Shown piece after piece: positions 26,763 to 32,014 of a stretch of DNA of 32,014 nt; the stretch's first letter is position 1, and each line of letters opens with the position of its first letter. Both the position numbers and the translations under genes were made by a program. Under the pieces are notes generated by a model. That model was not told the origin of the DNA. It did not search any database and saw only the letters and a program-made list of their open reading frames with translations. The stretch spans positions 1-32,014 of the forward strand of contig NIVC01004900.1 in the NCBI GenBank assembly GCA_002269645.1, read 5' to 3'. The stretch is from Macrostomum lignano (Eukaryota).

Positions 26763-29282
26763 GTTCAATTTGTGGATTTGAATCGTAGAAGAAAAATCGC
26801 AATAAAAACGATCAGTTTAATTGTTAAAATGTAGAATTCCAAATTTTGAATGTAGATTTGGCGAGCTGGCACTGCACAGAGAGTCAAACTGAGAAGTAGC
26901 TCGGCTCAAGAAATCTGTTTAGGACTACTGAACTGCTACCTTTTTATCTGCACCTTCCCGGTTTCCTTAGTTCACCTCCCCCTAGCTGCCACGCCCTGAA
27001 TTCTTCTCCAGGCGAGGTCCGCCTCTTTTTCATCGGTCCGATTGCCTGAGCTTTCTGCTTCAGCTCAGGACACGCCCCAATGAGCTTTAATAAATCCCTA
27101 TAGCCGCCTCGAGAAAGGTTTTGTTTCGGGTAGAGTCGATGCCGCTTCTAAAAGAGCTGCAACCGATACAGCATAGAAATAGCATGGGAGCTAAGAATTT
27201 CTTCTTTGTTTTCTGCTTGTCGAAGCATGCAAGCGTACCCTCTCGCCTGCCGGGTGTAGCCACTAGACGTAGAATTTGGTGTTTTAAGCCGGTCCCAAGC
27301 CCGGCCTTTGTCTCCGTCGAGACTAGCCACAATAATACGAATATACTGTATTGCCAGGTAGAAAAGTACTCAAAATTGTCCGAATAACTCCGTCAGTGCA
27401 CCATGATCAGCTAACGGGTCCTACCCGATTGCAGATTTCTCTCGATATTGTAGATTTAACTTGGTAGCGATATACGCACTTAATTATTTCGTGAAGAAAA
27501 AGACGTACACAAATCAGTTAATTCATCGCTTGACAAGGTTAAAAGAACTGCAGACGTCTATTTTCTCTATTGCACTATTACTCACATGCGTAGAACGTAT
27601 CTTTGGTTTATGAAACTTTTTCAGTTGAGCTTTCGAACTTTGTCCTATCTTGAAAAATAACGAAAATTAGGGTCACGAACCCGGTTTTACGCAATTAGAA
27701 AGCTAAACTTTTAGAGATTTTGCGGGGGTTGGGATTGTGCTTTTTAACTGCCGCTTTTAGGTGATTAACCAATGCGGAAAGCCGTTTTTGCCGAGCCAAA
27801 CTGGCTCTCCATAGATATTTTTCTAGTCAAGTGAATTGCGCAACGAGAATAAACTGGGCAAAGCAATTAGGGCTGGAAAGAGGTGACAAGGACTGTGCAG
27901 TCGGAGCTCTGCGGAATTTCTGGGCCAGCTGTTGCTAAAGACTCTCACAAGCAGGTCTGTGGGATATCCAGCATTCTTCATTTCTTCTTCGAGCTACTGG
28001 TATTAGGCAGTGAATTGCCGGGCAAAGAATATGGCCGCGATAAAAATTTACGTGACAAGCTTCGGATTTTTCTGTCGGGTTACCCATACACATGGCTTGT
28101 TACTAGCTCGGTCCAGTTTTAGTACCGCGCTTTTCGACAAAAAAGAGACCATATTTTGAAAGCCCAAGGAACCTGAAACGGGAAGGAATGGCTTCTTTAA
28201 GTTTTCCCACTTGCAGCCAGATATCTACCAGACATATTACCGACATAACCGATGAAAAATGTTGCCCTAGTAGCTAAACCGAGATATATCCTACAGTAGA
28301 GTAACTCTAACTACATACATTCGGTTTGTTCCACATTCGACGAAATCTCGCAATTCATCAAGGAATTTTTCTTGCCCAGTGATAGTTATGAGATACAGTA
28401 GCAGTAGTTTTACAACCAGCACATCGTTAGGGCACCATTAATTTAGAATGACTTTCCTTTTCGTAGGCCGTATTATATAGCCGCTTCTAACACGCACCTA
28501 GCTTTATATGTATGGGCTACAGCATGCACAAATTCCCAATCTGTGGGCCTGCAAGTCGAAGGAAAATCCCGCGCATATCTCTCCACGCGGCAGAATATTT
28601 TTTCTTTCCCTCAAAGATAGAAACGGCAGCAAGGCCTGCACCTGATGCTGAAACTGACCCAGGCATGCGACGGCACCCCTACTGGGGGGGGGGGGGGGGG
28701 TAACACGCGGACGAGTTGCTGGTTCAATACAATGGGAGGCTGCTAGGCTGTTCAGTCCGCAGCCAGTTTGACCTCCTCTGTCCAGTTCTAAGACGGCGGG
28801 CGCCGCAAGATGAAGTGTCTGCGTGGGAAGCCAAGGCAGCCTAAGGTCGGCCGGCAATACGAGATCCTGCATCTAAGAAATAAGGCCTTTCAAAGCGGAA
28901 GCGCATAAGGAACCAGCAAGCCTGATGTTCTGCACAAAACCGTTTCTAACTCCTCTGCCCAATTAAGCTTCTGATCCTGCTGGCCTTTTGCATTCGCGCG
29001 AAGGCCTGCTGGAGCTAAATCAAAGGCACAAGAAAGTTATTGGTCCTTCAGCTGCAGCCAACAGTTTCCGCTTGGAGAGAGAAAAGTGCAACGAGCGGCG
29101 GTTCGCCCGTCGTCACTTCCAACCCAAGAGATATCTATTCCACTCGATTGAATATTGGCAAACCGCTGATATCCCATCAAAACCTCATCCCCTGGTCTTA
29201 CCTCATATTATAAGACGGGCCGGTTGATATTTGGCCGATGAATGAGAAAGAAATGACCAAGCCCAGCTTCCTTACAGGAGCG

Positions 29283-30610
29283 ATGAAGCCCACTGACTGG
29301 CTACTACCAATTGCGTTAGTCTGGCTAGTGCGGTTTTCCACTGCGCTTACAGACACAGCGATCAACTTTACAATTCCATTCGAGACCTCAACAGCTCCGC
29401 CAAAGGACAGCATTTGCATCTGCAGTATCAATGTGTCTCAAGGTCGTCGCTGCCTGGACTGCCGACAATATCAACTCGACTCACCGGACCTTGTGTTTCT
29501 GAGCTCTCGCAACATCTTGCTGAGGGCTCCGGTATGCAGTGGAGTCACCAGCATTAGAGCTGAACAGCCGGTGCGAATTCATCAGCTCCGCCCAGGTCGC
29601 CTGTTGCAGATGACGGGCCTGATCAGCATCCGGTTGCGCCAAGTTGACTTGAGATTCAGCTTTCATCCGGACGCATTGAGAGGGCTCAAGAATCTTACTG
29701 ACCTGGAGATAATTGGGCCGCACAGCCTTGACAGGCTGGAGGCGCACAGTTTTCAGCACACTCCCAGACTTAGGCGATTGGTGCTCAGAGACAACGGCAT
29801 TAAGTACATCGATCGCTTTGCTTTCTGTGAGGCGGAGAATTTAGAGTACTTGGACCTGAGCAGGAATCGAATAGTTGCGTATTCGTGCGACTGGTTCCCG
29901 GGCCTGTCTGCTCTGAAGTTTCTTAACGTCACTCTGCTCACTGGCACAGAGGTATTTGCTAGCGTGGGGACTAAGCCACCAAGTTGCCTGTTCTGCCGTT
30001 GACGGGTCTGGCAATATTGTCTTTTAATGATATAAACTACGCCGGACCAAGCATTCAGCTGCTGAGGCATGCAATTATTAAGCACTACCGCTTGCAGTTG
30101 CTTGAGCCGCTGTTGTACAATGTTACTGGCTTGCGAGATCCTCAAACTTGCGGAGGCCTCGACGGAGAAGCGGCCATCGCCTGGCAGCAGTGCCAAAGAT
30201 GGCGTGACGGCAAACCTGTGGTGGCCCAGTACGTGACTATGGGGCCGAGCACAGCTGCCGTTAGCAGCACCGCTAGCCCAGCAGAGGAAGTCTCCGACTC
30301 GAACGGTGTGATTCAAAGCCCGAACGAATACTTCAACAACAGCTCATCTCGACAAATTCCTGACACGAGTTCCGGCGATGGGCTTCAAGTGTTTTTAAGC
30401 AGTCAATTGTTTCTCGTGGTGCTTGTCGTGTGCATCGTCCTTGTGGCCTTGTCGCTGATCATCTGCTGCATAGCCTGCTGCTTTGCCCGATCGCGCAGAC
30501 ACCGCGGCGCTCGCTACAGTGTCAAAGCTGCCAACGAAGCCGCCGCTGCCGCCGCTGCCGCCGCTGCAGCTGGCAACGGGAAAGCCGCAAATGGTAGAGC
30601 AAATGCTTGA
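29283..30610 (+). CDS. Intronless leucine-rich-repeat type-I membrane protein, with one -1 frameshift near 29977
   Basis: Signal peptide MKPTDWLLPIALVWLVRFSTA, Cys-rich cap (CICS..CLDC), LRRs (LRRLVLRDNGIKYI, LEYLDLSRNRI), Ser/Thr stalk, TM LFLVVLVVCIVLVALSLIICCIACCFA, basic stop-transfer RSRRHR, and an 11-Ala tail. ORFs 29238-30002 and 29984-30610 join if one C is restored. Confidence 0.85.
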
Positions 30611-32014
30611 TTTTTGTTCCCTGGGCAAACTTTTAACTAAGGATTTCATCCTTTACTTTGGTACTAGTTAAGTGTTTTTTCTTTATGAAGTACGAGTATA
30701 TTCAAACAAAAAGTTATTGTGCAGATGTTGGTGATTGCAGTTGCTCAACGTAATTTTTCATGATATTTCGTTGAGCCAACTACCGATTGGCTACTGAGTA
30801 TAAGCATCTGTACGCCTGCAGGTTGCAATTTGTGTTCTTTCCTAAGTTTTATTCTAGACATATTTGCTTCATCATTTTGTACGGCTCATTAGCATATTTT
30901 GAGAAGTTACGAGCAGTTGGGACAGGTTTTAGCTGGAAGCCATTACTGTTTGGCTGTCTCTGCAAATTAATGTCTTAGTTAGACTACTGTTTGTGTTTTC
31001 GTGAGACGCCTGATAAGCGTTATTGTGGTGTTAGAAAATCCTGAAGCTGGAATCTCCGATTGAATATTCAGTCTATGCGCTAACTTCACTTCTGATCCAT
31101 GCTCTACCGAGAGAGTGACTTTGCAAGCCCGCTTACCCCAAAAACTATTTTGACGTTTTCTCATTAAATCTGTGGTCCACACTGAAGCGTTTTCAAGTTT
31201 TAATTTTACTTTTTCTTGCCCGCTTTTCTCCTGACTGCAGACAGTCATTGTTTTAAATTTAGAAGAACAGAGCAAGTTCCAGACAGTCCTACAGCCTGGC
31301 TAGAAGTTCGCGAACCAAAGGAATGCATAAAAAGCCTCATAGTTAAGCCGCTGTTTTACTGACAAGAAGCAAAGCAGGCAAAATATAGGAGTGAAATTCT
31401 ATCAGCCAAAGACGTTGACGAACAGCTGAGGATCCCAGCTTAGTAAGAAGGCTTGTGATGCCAGGCTGGATTTTATTCCCTTTTCACTTTAAGTTAAACT
31501 CTTGTCATTTCATTGACGGAGACTTACCTGACGTAACTCTTTACTAATGAATTGAAATGTTTTAAGTGTACATTATCGTCTAATTTTGATTGCTGAGATG
31601 CTTAAACTAGCTTAAGTTGTTTTGAATTTTAACCCGAATGTACAAATGTTCATTCAGTGAATTTTTAGGCTAGCATGCAGACAGTGAGTTCCAAAGTTTC
31701 ATTTTAACATTCGTAACATTAGTGCGTTTATTCTTGAGCAACTATTAGCCAGCATCAATTTCCGCGACTAACATCAGAGGTAATAATCAATAATACTACT
31801 GAAAGTACCCTGCAAAATGCTAATGTTTATTGTGAAAGCAAAATTGTATAAATAATATAGTTTCGATTATACTAAAAATTCAAACAAACAGAACGTTGTA
31901 AAGAAACTTTTAAGTTAAAATCATTGGATGGATTGTACAAAACAGCTGAATAAAACTTACATGAAAGTAAAAGTTTCACAAACTCTGATGGTTATCAATC
32001 ATGCAAGCGTGCAC

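Noticed and set aside
28684-28700. G17 run as a regulatory element
   Set aside because: Isolated homopolymer with no further support; its length is unreliable in this assembly.
29283-30610. LRR gene as the missing N-terminus of a polycystin
   Set aside because: Opposite strand, has its own signal peptide and TM, and another gene intervenes.

Overview
Eukaryotic, intron-containing metazoan DNA; no prokaryotic operons, RNA genes or CRISPR arrays were found. The short introns, LINE remnants and polycystin duplication resemble a free-living flatworm such as Macrostomum, but that is inference only. Contents: (1) 1-~12100, minus strand: a large multi-exon polycystin-1-like gene (WSC, PKD repeats, LDL-A-like Cys motif, REJ, GAIN/GPS, TM1, PLAT, further TMs) that runs off the window start and carries many 1-bp deletions that look like assembly errors. 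(2) ~12100-20000: a repeat and transposon island with MITEs, a 61-bp array, an 18-bp minisatellite and LINE remnants. (3) ~20060-24020, minus strand: a second, diverged polycystin-1-like paralogue that is internally deleted and truncated. (4) 24677-26762, minus strand: an intact 4-exon gene for a 494-aa protein made of four copies of an ~105-aa domain I cannot name, with an N-myristoylation-like start. (5) 29283-30610, plus strand: an intronless LRR type-I membrane protein gene with one frameshift. The best leads are the four-repeat protein, the collapsed polycystin paralogue, a possible introner-like intron, and the array built from a transposon-end-like motif.
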